From Eledone cirrhosa (Eukaryota): DNA of 64,000 nt. The stretch is taken from positions 372,001 through 436,000 of the forward strand of contig OZ024753.1 in the NCBI GenBank assembly GCA_964016885.1. Direction: 5' to 3'. The notes under the pieces were generated by a model. It was not told the origin of the DNA and ran no database searches. It saw only the letters and a program-made list of their open reading frames with translations. Made by a program: the position numbers and the translations under genes. Below, piece by piece: positions 1 through 12,729 of the stretch. The number at the start of each line of letters is the position of its first letter. Within the stretch, counting starts at the first letter, position 1.

Positions 1-486
1 GCAATAGCCCTCGTCTGGGATGTCACTTACAGCGACACTTTCTTCAGCCGCAACCTGGTGCAGTCTGCGACTAACCCAGGTTCTGCTGCACTTTGGGTTC
101 AGGAGGCCAAACTCTCCAAGTACCGGTCGCTCTCCGACAGGTTTGCAGTCGTGCCCTTGGCAGTGGAGACTTCTAGTGTCCTTGGCCCTAGGGCTACCTC
201 CCTACTCAGCACCATAGGCGCTCAGCTGGCCAGCCGCAGGTGTGAGCCTCGCGAGATGGAATGGCTCTTCCAGCGCATTTCCCTTACCATCCTCCGGAGA
301 AACGCCTTCTCCGCCGAGGCTGGGGGGGGGGGGGGGCAGCACGTGGGACCCCATTTGCCCACTACACAGAGAGATGGGGGAGATAACGGTGGGAGATCGG
401 CTCTTCCGTGTTCGGACACATTGCACCTGTCAAGAGTCTATATTGATGTACTTATAGCTGATATCTATATTTTTTGTTAATAAAGA
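1..486 (+). mobile_element. 3' end of CRE-clade non-LTR retrotransposon (restriction-like endonuclease C-terminus plus 3' UTR)
   Basis: Frame 1 reads ALVWDVTYSDTF...EAKLSKY...FAVVPLAVETSSVLGP...WLFQRISLTILRRNA, the typical CRE C-terminal RLE motif set; AATAAA near 479-484. Related fragments on the - strand at ~6630-6760, ~12510-12690 and ~42170-42362. Confidence 0.8.
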
Positions 487-626
487 AATTAATACAAGTT
501 ATTTCGAGCAATCGCCCTGGAGCTAGTAATAACGGCAAGAGATATGGCGAAGTGGACTGTCCAGGTCAGTAGACGAATACAAAAGAATGAGCCAGAGGGT
601 TAATGGGAATTTGATAGATAGGGCAG

Positions 627-679
<53 letters not shown>

Positions 680-974
680 TTATTTATTTATTAAAATAAC
701 AGATTAAAGTTTAAGCAAAGAATCGCTGCTTTCACCCTTAACGGGATCTTCTGAAACTAACAAAGTCAATCTGTAAACGCAGAAGTAAATATTTCAAAAA
801 ACGTTGCAACCGGAGGAAGACAGGAAGACGATACTTTGGTTCGTGGAAACGTTCGCTGGCTCAGAACGGGAAAAAACGAATAATACGTCATTAATAGGAG
901 CGGTGAAAAACAATTACGCGCAAAGACAGAACCACGTTTATGGTATAAAAAAGGTCGTAGACTAATGTTCTCTT

Positions 975-1011
<37 letters not shown>

Positions 1012-1048
1012 CATACATACATACGTGTGTGTGTATATGTGTGTTAGA

Positions 1049-1181
1049 ACGTCGGATAGAATGCTTTATGGTATTCGTTCTGGCTCTCTCTTCTCTGAGT
1101 TCAAATGCCGCCAAGGTCAACTTTCCCTTTCATCCTTTCGAGGTCGATAAAAAAAGTACCAGTCTAGTAGTGGGGTCGATT
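1049..1181 (+). mobile_element. tRNA-derived SINE, diverged copy
   Basis: Core TCTGAGTTCAAAT..CGCC..GGTCAACTTT.CCTTTCATCCTTTCGAGGTCGATAAAA..AAGTACCAGT shared with ~18 copies in the window; GAGTTCAAATCC-type B-box. Confidence 0.8.
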
Positions 1182-1376
1182 CTTCCTCTATATCTCTTTC
1201 TCATTTCTTCTCTCTCTCCCACTTTCTATCTTTCTCTGATAGAAATCAGCTGAACTAAGGCCTGGAGAGGGATAGGCTCTGCCAGGCTTAAAATGCCCAA
1301 GAAATGCCGTATGTTAATCCGGTGCTCCTACGACTCTGTCAGAAGTTACGGGACCATTCCATATCATATATATAAA

Positions 1377-1593
1377 CAGGGGCGGGGAGCAAGGGAGCGA
1401 CCCTCCAATAATTATATTTTTCTCCCCAAACTATTTGCATTTGCGCTACAATCTATGTACATGTCATGTTTATCGAAGTCTTTTTTTATACCTTGGTTGA
1501 TATTTAATACTAGCAGCTAAACTAACCACTACAACTAAATTGACCAATTTTGCTCCCCCCCTCTCCAATTCAGAAATGCTTCCACCACCCCTG
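1377..1593. mobile_element. Non-autonomous DNA transposon (MITE) with CAGGGG...CCCCTG termini
   Basis: Short inverted termini; a second copy in the opposite orientation at ~35272-35540. Confidence 0.55.
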
Positions 1594-2400
1594 GTATATA
1601 CATATACGTACGTACATATATACATACATGCATGCATACATATATATATATACATACATACACATATACATATATACACATATAAATTCATGGGGAAATT
1701 ATGGTATGTAGTATGTCTGACTATATCCTCTTTTCATAACTAGATTAGACTAATCTTTAAAAGAAAAGAAATAATAATAAATAATAATATATAAAAAAGA
1801 TCAACCTTAAAAGTAAATATCTTTTTTATTTAAAAAGCCAAATTTGTAAAGAACTGCGTTATCTGTTTTTCAGCATTGGCCTTTCACCTTAACACGAAAT
1901 TTATAATTCAGCACTTATTTACTACATGTTATTCGGTTATTTGAAGCCTCTCCTTTCTTTGGATCATACCTCCACCATAACATTCCTTCTACATCACTCC
2001 TTTTTATATTGGTGGTCATTACATCTACTCATTGCATTTTACCTAAATTTACTTCCTGCTATACATATAGGGAATGGTTCATTATACTATAAACGTTTTG
2101 AAACGTAGTCAATTTTAGTGAAACTTTCCAGTAAACAATGACTATTTATTACAAATTATATTGAATCTTTAAATAGTATCTAAGTATATTATTCGGTGCA
2201 AGTTCAGTGTTTATATTTCTCAAATCTATAAATCAAACACCCACACACAATCACATGCGCGCGCGCACATACATTATATTAATTGCGATGAAATACACAC
2301 ATATATATATATATATAATATACATACACACGCACGCACACCCATTTCTTTTCCAATTCCACCCCGCCCATCCCGTCAATCTATCTTATTTTTCATTCTT

Positions 2401-2436
2401 TCTTCTGCTGAAGGACTAGCGTCCGAAACGTTAAGA
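2401..2436 (+). ncRNA. Minimal type I hammerhead ribozyme with a core variant (CTGCTGA)
   Basis: TCTT-CTGCTGA-A-GGAC(TAGC)GTCC-GAAA-CG-TT-AAGA. The paralog at 38504-38541 (-) has the canonical CTGATGA and shares ~150 bp of flank. Confidence 0.7.
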
Positions 2437-2516
2437 CCCTCTTCCTGCTATTGCAAGCATCAACATAATATATTCCTTCTATATACTGTACCGATTGTTT
2501 GTTATTTCTGTTTACC

Positions 2517-2612
<96 letters not shown>

Positions 2613-2740
2613 GATATCCACTGTAAGTTGTGGGGTCTATTCTGCATGAAGAACTCAATGTAATCCATATGTTGAAAATGTTGTAGGTTAAGATAAATCT
2701 CAGAAAACAATAAAACATTAAAAGGAAAACAGAGTCATGA

Positions 2741-2985
2741 TATAAGTTAAAACAATGAAATAAAAAAATCAAGTCATTAGAGATATATTTCACTGCTTTA
2801 CGATCGTTTCTAGGTGATGATAATACATTGTATCTATACTCAGTTATTGATCTATGTTAGTTTACATAGATCAATAACTGAGTATAGATACAATGTATTA
2901 TCACCATCTAGAAACGATCGTAATCGTAAAGCAGTGAAGTATATCTCTAATGACTTGATTTTTTATTTCATTGTTTTAACTTATA
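2741..2985. repeat. ~120-bp-arm fold-back palindrome ending in (TA)n
   Basis: Arms 2741-2856 and 2865-2985 are near-perfect reverse complements with an 8-nt spacer. Confidence 0.9.
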
Positions 2986-3110
2986 TATATGTATATATAT
3001 GGCTAACGGGACTCACACGTGCATTAATTACAAAAGAATTTGTTTCCATTTCTTCCTCTTCTCACTATGTATCTTTTTCTAAACGGCCGGAGCTTAGCCG
3101 TCGGGGTCCT

Positions 3111-3150
<40 letters not shown>

Positions 3151-3788
3151 TATATAAATGAAAAGTATAGAAATTATTGTAGCAAGAAGCCAACAGTATT
3201 CCATAATATATAAGTGACTATAGCGTCAAAATGGAAAAATAGTTAACGTAAGATGTGGGAGAAATAATTCAAACTCAATTCAAAAAGAATCGGGATATAG
3301 ATTCATCCAACAGAATTTAGTGAAATCCAGGGAAAAAATCAATAGAGCCTTAACTCATGATAAAATAAAGTTTAAAATACTCATCCTTCAATTTGGAAAA
3401 ACTACAAATGCTCTGTATAGTCTTGAAAAGACTATTTCACGAAAACTTTCAGTGGGGATGGTCACGGTTGGAATTCGATCCTCAGCAGAGCTCAACACGA
3501 TAGCCAAAATCTCACTGGTTATAATGTGCCAAAAAGGGAATTTAAAAGCAGGCTAGTTCAACATCATGCGTGATTATGAAAATATAACGCACATGCGGAA
3601 ACAGGGCTGGTGACGTCAGAATGAGAAGAATGTTTGTTTACATGAAACAACAGTCAAAAACATTCCGAAAAAAACTCTACAATAAGGAGTTCAGCAAAAA
3701 GCAGTATTATCGCGGTTATATATATATTATATATAATTAGAATTTCATTTCTCGCCCTAGCACAGCTGATACATAAAAGTATGCATAC

Positions 3789-3836
<48 letters not shown>

Positions 3837-4118
3837 ATATATATATATATATATATTCATTTAAGTTTGGTTAGAACTGGTTATTACGTATAGCCAATCA
3901 TGGAAAAGCACTCGACGTGATGCAACTCATCCATCTTTGATGTTGAATTTTGTTGGTGGTGCGAGAACAGAGTTAATTATTATTGAGTAAAATGGCAGGA
4001 GGCCAGACAGGTGAAATTCCTTCAAAGATTTATTTCAGCAAACACTATGTACTTTTCAGTGGCCAGGTTACGTAAGATCCTGGTGGCATCATCAGGTATA
4101 TATTGTATAATAGTTATA

Positions 4119-4420
4119 TAATTGTTTCTACTTTTGGTACAAGGTCAGCAATTATCCCAGTTCATTACTGGTACTTTATTTTACCGACCCCGTAAGGATG
4201 AAAGGCAAAATTAACCTCGGCGGGATTTGAACTCAGAACGCAAGGGGTCATAACTCTGAGCTGCAAAGCATGGTGTCTGACGCTCTACCGATACTGCCAA
4301 ACCACCGCCCTAACAATAGCTATATAATTGTTTGTACTTTTAGCACGAGGCCAGCAATTATCCCAGTGCATTACTGGTACTTTATTTTATCGACCCCGTA
4401 AGGATGAAAGGCAAAGTTAA
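4119..4420 (-). mobile_element. Full SINE plus adjacent 5'-truncated SINE
   Basis: Consensus match; repeated flank (A)ACAATAGCTATATAAT around the copies. Confidence 0.9.
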
Positions 4421-4629
4421 CAATAGCTATATAATAAAGGAATGGTAAACACAATCCAAGAGGCTATAAGAAGAGAAAGCAAATAAAAAAAAACATAGGA
4501 AAAAGGTTTTTGACTCGAAGGCGATGAAGAGGGCGAGGAAGGGGGTATACATAGAACATTTACAGCCCCTTCCAGACAGCTCAGTTCAGGTGGTTAACTT
4601 ACAAGTCGATGAAAGGGATGTCTATATTT

Positions 4630-4838
4630 ATGGCGGTATCGGTAGAGAGTCGGACACTATGCTTTGTAGCATAGAGTTACGGCCCTTTGCGGTCTGAGTT
4701 CGAATCCTGCCGGGGATAACTTTGCCTTTCATCCTTACGAGGTGATAAAAATAAAGCACCAGTAATGTACTGGGGTCGATTTAATCGACTTTCCTCTCCC
4801 CCCCAAATTACTGGCCTAGTGCCTATACTAGAAATCAT
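4630..4838 (+). mobile_element. tRNA-derived SINE flanked by a long duplication
   Basis: Consensus match TGGCGGTATCGGTAGAG...GTTCGAATCC...; flanks ~4558-4625 and ~4839-4897 are duplicated. Confidence 0.85.
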
Positions 4839-5729
4839 ATTTACAGCCCCTTCCTGCTCAGATTCAAGTGGTTAACTTACAAGTCGATGTCCATATATAC
4901 AGCCCCTTCAGGACGGGGTTAACTCAATAAAAAAATAAAAAATAAATAAAGGAATAAAATCTAAATAAATAGTTTGTGTTGCGGAATTGGGCTTTGTAGT
5001 TAATGAGGACCCGAGAAAGGGTCTCAATATGGATACCAAGAGGAAGAGAAATGAATGAGTTGGAGGCGCCCGAATGGAGATGGTACGGAAACAGCTAGAT
5101 CCCAGAAGCGAAATTCACTGTAGTAGCAGTAGCAGCAGCAGTAGTAGCAGTGGTAGCAACAGTAGTAGTAGTAGTATAGTAGTGGTGGTGGTGGTGGTGG
5201 CAGAGATGTGGGGCCAGCAGGTTTGTGAGCGAGGCGAGAAAGTTTAATGTGTGTGTGTGTATGTATGTGTTGGTGAGCGACTTCGTCGGAGTGCACAGTT
5301 CACAGATTACTGGTTATATATTCATTCACACAACACTCGTAATTCTCTAGTCAGTTATTACATCAAATTAGATTTGATAGGTAAACCATGTATTAAATTA
5401 CAGTGTTCTGTTAGTTCCTATGTAAATTTATGTTGTCTGTTTGTTGGCGAAGCATAAATCCTGTTTCTGACATTTGTTTTAAAAGTTATTTGAAAATGTC
5501 ACGCCACAAACTATTTCACATGTCCACATCAGCTGCATAACAACACTCGAAGCTCCTACTGTCCCAGCTCTACGGAGGGTTTTGTCACCATTCTTTTGTC
5601 CTTTTGCTTCGCTTCGTAACTAGCTCTTGTGATTATAATAAAACTTTGATTATATCCTGTTTCGTTTTTCCAGTTCTTGTTTTCGAATTTTATTCTTCGA
5701 GTTCTTGTTTGAATTCTTCTTGTTGTTCT

Positions 5730-5950
5730 TCTCCTCCTCCTCATCATCATCATCATCAACACCATCATCAACACCACCACCACATTCAACGCCACCAACA
5801 TCATCATTAACACTATCATCAACACCACCATCATCATCAACGCCACCAACATCATTAACACCATCATCAACACCACCACCACTATCATCAACACCACCAT
5901 CATCAACATCACCAACACCATCACCATCACCACCACCATCACCATCACTC
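5730..5950. repeat. (CAT/CAC)n low-complexity tract
   Basis: Mixed CATCAT/CACCAC triplets. Confidence 0.9.
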
Positions 5951-6927
5951 ACCCCTCCTTTCCTCAGCCATCTCTTCATTTTCCTCTCTTCTACCATTCA
6001 TATTTCCCCTTTATTTACCTCCTTCCTTTGTCACAGGTTTTCAAGCATCAGTGTTTAACTACAGACATATCACCACCGAGTCCATTGATATCTGTGTTAC
6101 ATTTTGCTGAAGACCATAACATTCAGAAAGAAATAATGATACATACAAGTGGGTAATTTGCCTGAAAATAAAACAAACGTTTGAAAAAAATAACAAAAAC
6201 AAAACGAGCAGGGGTATTGAGGAGGGCTAAGTGTGTCTAAGAATGTATAAAGTGTTAACACGTGTGTTGGTTTACTCACATCAAAGCTTAAACACAGTCT
6301 TACTATATGTTCTAAACATCAAGATAATTTAGAATTTAACACATGCTGTTGTTATTTCTATCATTTTGATAAAGAAGTTTATGAAACAAGAAAAATAAAG
6401 AACTAAAATTTGGCTAAACTAGTGATGGTCTGGAAGTTAAACTAGGACTGTAATGGAAGAAATAGCTTTGTTAAATGAGCAAGACCACACGTTATATTTT
6501 AGTAGGACCTTCGAGACAGAAAGATAGAAAGGAAGGAAGAATCCACAATTTATAAGCTGGTGCTGTATGAAGCATCGGATCATGGTAGTGAGTTATCCTT
6601 TTAGTCGCGCTATGATTTATTCATAAGCTGTGATCTCTCTCGCCCTCCCCATCTCTCTGTATGATGAGCAAAAGGAGTCCCACGTGCCTCCCCACAGCCC
6701 CGGCGGACAGAATAGAGAAGGCGTTTCCTCGGAGGATGGTAAAGGAGATGCGCTGGCAGATAGGACACAGCTAGAGAAACCTGAGTCTGGTGGTTTCATA
6801 TTCCGGGTAGATTTGAAAATTCCATCACGGGTTCATGGATTATTTAATGTGGTTTAGAGACATATGTTGTCAATGAAGGGCCAGGAGTATCCCAGATCTA
6901 TATAGTATTGAACAACCATCTCAAGAG

Positions 6928-7093
6928 CAGAGCCTATGAGAGAGGGGGGGGACAGTCGGTACTTTGTTCCAGGGCCCAAGAGCTAAGAAGGCCCTATAGC
7001 AACCATGAACATCCGATTTGAGAAAAATCTGTGCCTGCTTCGGGCCCCAAAGGAGTTTTGTACCGCCTTGCAAAATTTCTCTTGGCGGCCTTG
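6928..7093. mobile_element. hAT-type MITE with 8-bp TSD
   Basis: CAGAGCC...GGCCTTG termini flanked by CTCAAGAG at 6920-6927 and 7094-7101; second copy at 20361-20527. Confidence 0.85.
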
Positions 7094-7669
7094 CTCAAGA
7101 GCCCGTGGTTTGTATTCTTACACAACATGGAAGATATGAAGAGAAATGAGTTAGTCGAGTATACCCCATTGGAAGTGACATAAGCCTATTTTAAAAGAAA
7201 TAAGTTCAAATACCCGTTATGGTTATTACTAAACGAGATGTTGAATCCTTCTGGTCTTATCTATATAATCCAAATATACCAAAGTAGGAGCTATTGTCTC
7301 ATATTCACAGAAACATACTCTGAGGCTAAAAGCGATGCACATTTATTATTGTTTTTTTCTGCGACATATTTGTTTAGAAATCTCCAAAATCTGAAGTTCA
7401 TAACACTAAAAAAAAAAACTATTTTATTTACTGATTCATTAACTTAATTAAGTTTTACAGGCAACAACCTCACCCCTCCTCATTCTTCTGTGACACTAAA
7501 GTCCTTGCCATTCACGCCCTTTTCCGTTTCTTTATATCTTCCTATTTACACTCCATTCTTTTTTCTCAATCTAAATTTTTTTTTTTTTTAAACTTTTTCT
7601 ATTAAACTGTATTTACATGATATAGTCAATAAATAAATAAAATATCAGTTTCTAGTATATATATCTATA

Positions 7670-7847
7670 CAGGGTGGGCCAGAATTCATGACTCACTTTA
7701 TTTAGAAAATCAAATTTAGAAAAAATAAATAAAAAAACCTGTGAGGCATATTAAGAAATAAAATAATAAATTAAAACAATACAATAACAATAAAATAAGC
7801 ATATTAAGAAATATAACTAACAAGCTAGCAATGAATTCTGGCCCACC

Positions 7848-7850
<3 letters not shown>
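7670..7850. mobile_element. Tc1/mariner-type MITE
   Basis: Perfect 20-bp TIR CAGGGTGGGCCAGAATTCAT / ATGAATTCTGGCCCACCCTG with TA on both sides. Confidence 0.9.
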
Positions 7851-7911
<61 letters not shown>

Positions 7912-8194
7912 CAAAGGAGGTGTGTTAAGGAACCAGATGGACCATAACGCACCAGAGTACTCAATACTTAGGATATATATATATATATATATATATTTGC
8001 CACGTATCAATTCCTTATCAAAGTGGAAGTATATGAAATAAATATAACACTCCTAGCTGAAAATATGGGAAAGGATGACTTTTTTATTGCGTTAGTTATC
8101 ACGCAAAGTAGGAACATATAAACAGTTAAATGCTCAGTCAGATGATTAGGTCTTCATATATGAGGAAGTGCTAATATGTGTTGTTGTTGTTATA

Positions 8195-8765
8195 GTTATT
8201 ATTAGCGCTCTGTCATAGAGTACAGATGGATAATACACCAGGGTATTTAGTCATCTGTCAAGCCACAAACAAGGACCTCAGACAATTAATACTTTCCTGA
8301 AAATGTGCACAGTACCTAGCAAAGCGGGCTTTTGTATGACATCTAACTTGTATGGTATTCCCAGTCACTTTAAGAAGTCTTGAAGTTTCACTGTGTTTAA
8401 CCCTAATATCCGATCACAACTGGTATCACTTTCACATTACCCTCTTGCATTCCAAATAATCTTGCCAGCTCCACTTTCAATTCAGAGTACTTGGTGATAT
8501 TTTCAATCTCCTTACTCGCAATATTCGTGTCATTTGGTATGGCTACATCTATTGATTTGACAGTATTTGTCTTTCTTGTTCAATACGACAAGTCTGGTTG
8601 GTGAAGCCCAATTACTCTGTCAGTTTGAAAATCATAATCTAGGAATATTGTTATGATTTCATATTGGTATTTACGACATAACAGCCAATGAAGATATAAA
8701 CAGACTTTATCATAGCGGCGCTTATATTCTTTCGGTGTAAGTCTCTCACATCCACTTACATTTTT
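8195..8765 (-). mobile_element. Decayed 3' end of an R4/Dong-like (R2-superfamily RLE) non-LTR retrotransposon
   Basis: Minus-strand translation with frameshifts: GCERLTPKEYKRRYDKV...FQTDRVI..HQPDL...IDVAIPNDTNIASKEIENITKYSELKVELARL...VIPVV...IQKPALLGTVHIFRKVL; TAA/CAA-rich tail. Confidence 0.8.
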
Positions 8766-9803
8766 TCTCGCTTGGCAGTGCTATCGGGTGGCACTGTCGG
8801 TTCGAGATAAACAGCAGTCATGGGTAACCTGAGGCCCGCGAAGCTTTCTGAATGGCTCGCCTAAGTCACCTAAGTGAAAACTTTCTGATTTTTTTACCCC
8901 AACTTTTCAGTCGTAATTTATCTTTCTATCATTTTTACGATCGAGGAAAACAACATGTACGGTGGAGAGGGAAGTATCACTCCCCAGTCCTTTGTATTGT
9001 CCTCTGTATGTCGATGGGATTTTGAACTAGTGTGTAAAAAATTAAAATGTAGTTAAATACTGCAAGTGATTTTGCCCCGATGCTGCACCGATCGTCAGAT
9101 CTTTATTTGCCACAAGGAGAAGAAAGATACAATAAATAAACTAAGTGTCAAGAGAAAAAAAAAATTTCAGTTTCGCCCCGCCCCTCCTCCCGTTCAATTT
9201 GAAACATGGAAGAATGTTTTGGCATTTTTATGGCATTTTCTCTCAATCATTGGGGAATGAACAATTTACAAAAACAAACCTAAGTTGACAGATAGAGATA
9301 AGTTTTCCGACAGTGTGGTATGTTTTTATATAATCTCATAACTACTTCAACTAGACCACGACAGGGCCCCTATTGAATGTTTCAGAACGGTATTTTAAAG
9401 AAACCCCTCACGTTTTTTTTTTTTTTTTTCTGCTAGTGTCCAAGAATTTCCGCTTTCTCAGTAGAACATTTTAAACAATGTCGCTTGAAATAAAAACTAT
9501 TTAGTGAAAAAATACATAATGTCAATTTAGAAACTGATGTTAGAATCTTGTTCACTCTAGAGATACTGCTGAAGTAGGAATCTTTCTATTTAGATACTGA
9601 GTTTGGTTGATGGTTGATTTTTTTATGGCTTTTAACGTGGCTATATATATATAATAAGGAGTTGACGGACCCAGCATATTTAACAATGCCAGGACTGATT
9701 GTATCTCAGCGTACTCAATAGATAATGTAGAACACATTCCAGAGTATACACATAGTTATTCGCTTCAACACAACACATGTAAACGTGTGTCTATATTAGT
9801 TTT

Positions 9804-9910
9804 CGGACTCGAGTTTCGACCACACTTAATGCAGCAGTAGGGTGCACTGCACCCTCTGTCTGATTATATTATGCAACAATGCATAATCTGCGCATGTGGA
9901 TTCATCAGCA
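9804..9910 (-). ncRNA. Hammerhead-like motif with multibranched stem II
   Basis: - strand: CTGATGA..CCACA[two internal hairpins]TGTGG.TC-GAAA-CTCGAG-TC. Stem III is the palindrome ACTCGAGT; stem I is weak. Confidence 0.55.
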
Positions 9911-10653
9911 GGTATCGCCTAATCAAGAACCAATCGATCATATATATATATCAACGCTAAATTATTAATAACAATATACGGTATTTGTCGGCTTATTGGA
10001 CGCCCCTTTGCATAAAACGCCCCCTCTTCTTTTATGATATTTTACGTAATATGTTGACGTTTATAGGCATTTTTATGGACCACGTCGAATATTCGCGGTT
10101 GCAGTAGGAACGTAACACCCCGCGAATACCGGGGGACAACTGTATATTAAACATAGCAATTTATTCACACCGTTTTCAGTCCAATAGCTTAAGGCCCCAC
10201 CATGTCTAGACCCAGCCCGACGGAAGCTTTTATCGACACCAGTCTTAAAATGGTGTAAAACATGAGATCCGCCCTCACTGCCAAATTATCTTCAAACAGA
10301 TATTATTGAAGATACAAGCGGCTTTTCTTTAACAACCGTATGTAAGCTATGGTTTACGGACCGTCTGCTATCAATGTTCCTTTTGATTTTACTTTGTTTT
10401 GTGTTGTTTTACAAGGATTCAAATGTTGGTTTCAAATATCAAAGTGACATACCCAGAAACACCTCCTCTATCGATAAACATTTAATCATGGGTGTCCACC
10501 TAAACATTTAAAGGAAGCATTACATTTCAAACGATCGTCCAATTGATACGTACGCACATGCGCACGCACACACGCAGACACACACATAACTGTAGGTAGA
10601 TAAGTATGAATGCATGTATATATGTATGCATGAATATATATATATATATACAT

Positions 10654-10714
<61 letters not shown>

Positions 10715-11004
10715 CATACATACATATACATATATATACATGTATGTATGTATGTATTGTAACAGCGAACGTTCATTCAAACGAAACAAAAAAAGAAAGT
10801 GGGTGTATACAATTCCACGACATGAAACTCTATCATGCCTGATATATATACTAGAGACAGTGAATACAGAGCTCACCTAGAAGCTTCTTTAACGGATATT
10901 GAAACTCTCATAGATATTTCATACGTGTGTAGACGTCTGGATAAACCTAGATATGTGAGACTCGATATCTGTCCCTGAATCTCTCTCTCCCTCTGTGAGT
11001 CCCG

Positions 11005-11870
11005 GGTTCAACCGGGGGTAACCACAGCAAGTAAGGTACTCAATACATTAATAGTGTTTACAATAAATTTAATATAGAAATATCTATATACAAATCAGGA
11101 TGGATTCAGTTTGAAACTGGTTAGACTATTACTCAGCAGAGTACTCGATACTTTATATTATAGAGTCGGGACCCCGACGGCTGAGCTCTTGCCATTTCAA
11201 CAGCTAATTCCAAGGGTCCTGGCGGTTAATTAGCTGTATCATCAGGAGATGTGATTTGTCCAAATAAGGACATAAAATCTCTTCACATAACAGTTTCTTT
11301 AAGGTTGGGGAGTGGTTGCGTGTGTTGATACCTGGCTAAGTGAGTGTTTATATGTATGTGTGCGTCTATGTACGATCCACGTGTATCTCATGGTCAACTT
11401 GAGATAGAATAATCGTAAAAAATGTTGCGGTGCGTACCTATGTGGCTGAATGGTTGGGTGTGCAGCTCGGATAGGTACAAGATGAGCTGCTTAAGTACTG
11501 GTTTCATGTGATATTAATGTTGCCCGTGATGGTATGTGCATTTTGGTGTGACACTGTCGGCTCAAGTGCTTCAATAAGAGCCAGTTCTGTGTGTACGGGT
11601 GGGAGTGAAGTCTGGCGATGAAGTTTGTGTGGAGTAGTGCTCGTTTGGGCGTAAAAGCTAGTTCTGTGTTATTTCCTGGGTGCTATTAGAGTCTGCTACT
11701 GAACTTTGTCCGGAGTTGTGCACGTTTGTACGTATGTACTCTTTAGACTTAGGCATGTGTTTGCCAGTTTGGATACATAATAGCGTGTCTAAATGTACAA
11801 TGATGATCTAGGGTGCCTATTGAAGTGTGTATATGTACAATGAATGTTGGGGAAAGTGTCTTACCCTCCT
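11005..11870 (-). mobile_element. Non-coding HHR-bearing element (family K; pLTR/retrozyme-like)
   Basis: Contains the HHR at 11171-11250; pieces recur at 3080-3115, 7915-7972, 37505-37660 and 56715-56768. Boundaries approximate. Confidence 0.6.
11171..11250 (-). ncRNA. Type I hammerhead ribozyme (family K)
   Basis: - strand: ATCTC-CTGATGA-T-ACAGCTAATT(18-nt loop)AATTAGCTGT-T-GAAA-TGGC(9 nt)GCCG-TC-GGGGT; perfect 10-bp stem II and a GUC site. Confidence 0.8.
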
Positions 11871-11889
11871 GGATCGTGAGAATGTCTGA

Positions 11890-12010
11890 AGTCGACCGAA
11901 AGGATGAAAGGCAAAGTTGACCTCGGCGGAATTTGAACTTAAAACACGGAGTCGGAACAAATACCGCAAAGCATTCTACCTGTCGATCTAACAACTCTAC
12001 CAGCTCACCG
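11890..12010 (-). mobile_element. Diverged SINE
   Basis: GGATGAAAGGCAAAGTTGACCTCGGCGGAATTTGAACT matches the reverse complement of the SINE core. Confidence 0.8.
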
Positions 12011-12228
12011 TTTCTCTTAGACATATCAGCATAGCATAAAGTAGAAATAAAGATAATTATAAATATTTATAATTAGAAATCTTTTGTATTTCCGTCTTTA
12101 GTCAAGAAATAGAGCAGAGTTATCTATAAATAACAAGTGCTTAGTAGTTTTTGGTAATGTTTTTTTTTAAACTTAGATTAGTTGTTTCACACATTGAAAA
12201 GTAACTGAATTCCGAAAATATGTTGCTA

Positions 12229-12271
<43 letters not shown>

Positions 12272-12309
12272 TGTGTGTGTGTGTGTGTTTGAAATGTCAA
12301 AGCAGTCAC

Positions 12310-12498
12310 AGTAAATCCTCTAAAGACCCAAACGGAGAGTGCTATAAAAAAAGTGCCCTAAAACGTGGTAAAATGAGGCAAAATGGGGAGATTTTACATA
12401 ATGAAAGCTTTACCCACTTTCACATGAGAAGACATCTCTCACTCGCCCCAAAGTGAGTGGGAGATCTCCCTGTCGGATGGGGAGAGTTGACAGGTCTG
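12310..12498. mobile_element. ~195-bp MITE (TIR CAGACCTGCCAAC), truncated copy
   Basis: Matches the complete copies at 32154-32352 and 41623-41816 and the SINE-interrupted copy at 27791-28174. Confidence 0.8.
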
Positions 12499-12729
12499 AA
12501 GTTAGTCCACCTCGTGGTCCCAGCGGACAGAATGGAGAAGACATTGTTCCCGGAGGATGGTGAGGGAGATTCGCTGGAACTAGCCAACTCCGTTATCATA
12601 GCAGTGAGCAAGGATGTGGTCTGACGATGGGGGAGGGGAGGGGAGTACGCCGGAAGTCACCACTGCCACAGGCTCAAACACAAACTTATCAAAGATCAGC
12701 CCAATCTTTTGAAAAGTTATATATGAATT

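Noticed and set aside
3425-3492. CTGAGGA-TCGAA...TTCGT-GAAA-TAG-TC on the - strand
   Set aside because: No stem I pairing.
4040-4100. CTGATGA...CCAGG/CCTGG...GAAA on the - strand
   Set aside because: Stems I and III cannot be formed convincingly; at best a decayed copy.
4630-4720. SINE heads as tRNA genes
   Set aside because: A/B-box-like motifs are present, but they are embedded in a multi-copy ~190-bp element with TSDs and no clean cloverleaf.
5556-6058. Ser/Thr/Pro-, His- or Asp/Gly-rich ORFs
   Set aside because: They derive from the CAT/CAC triplet tract; no splice or homology support.
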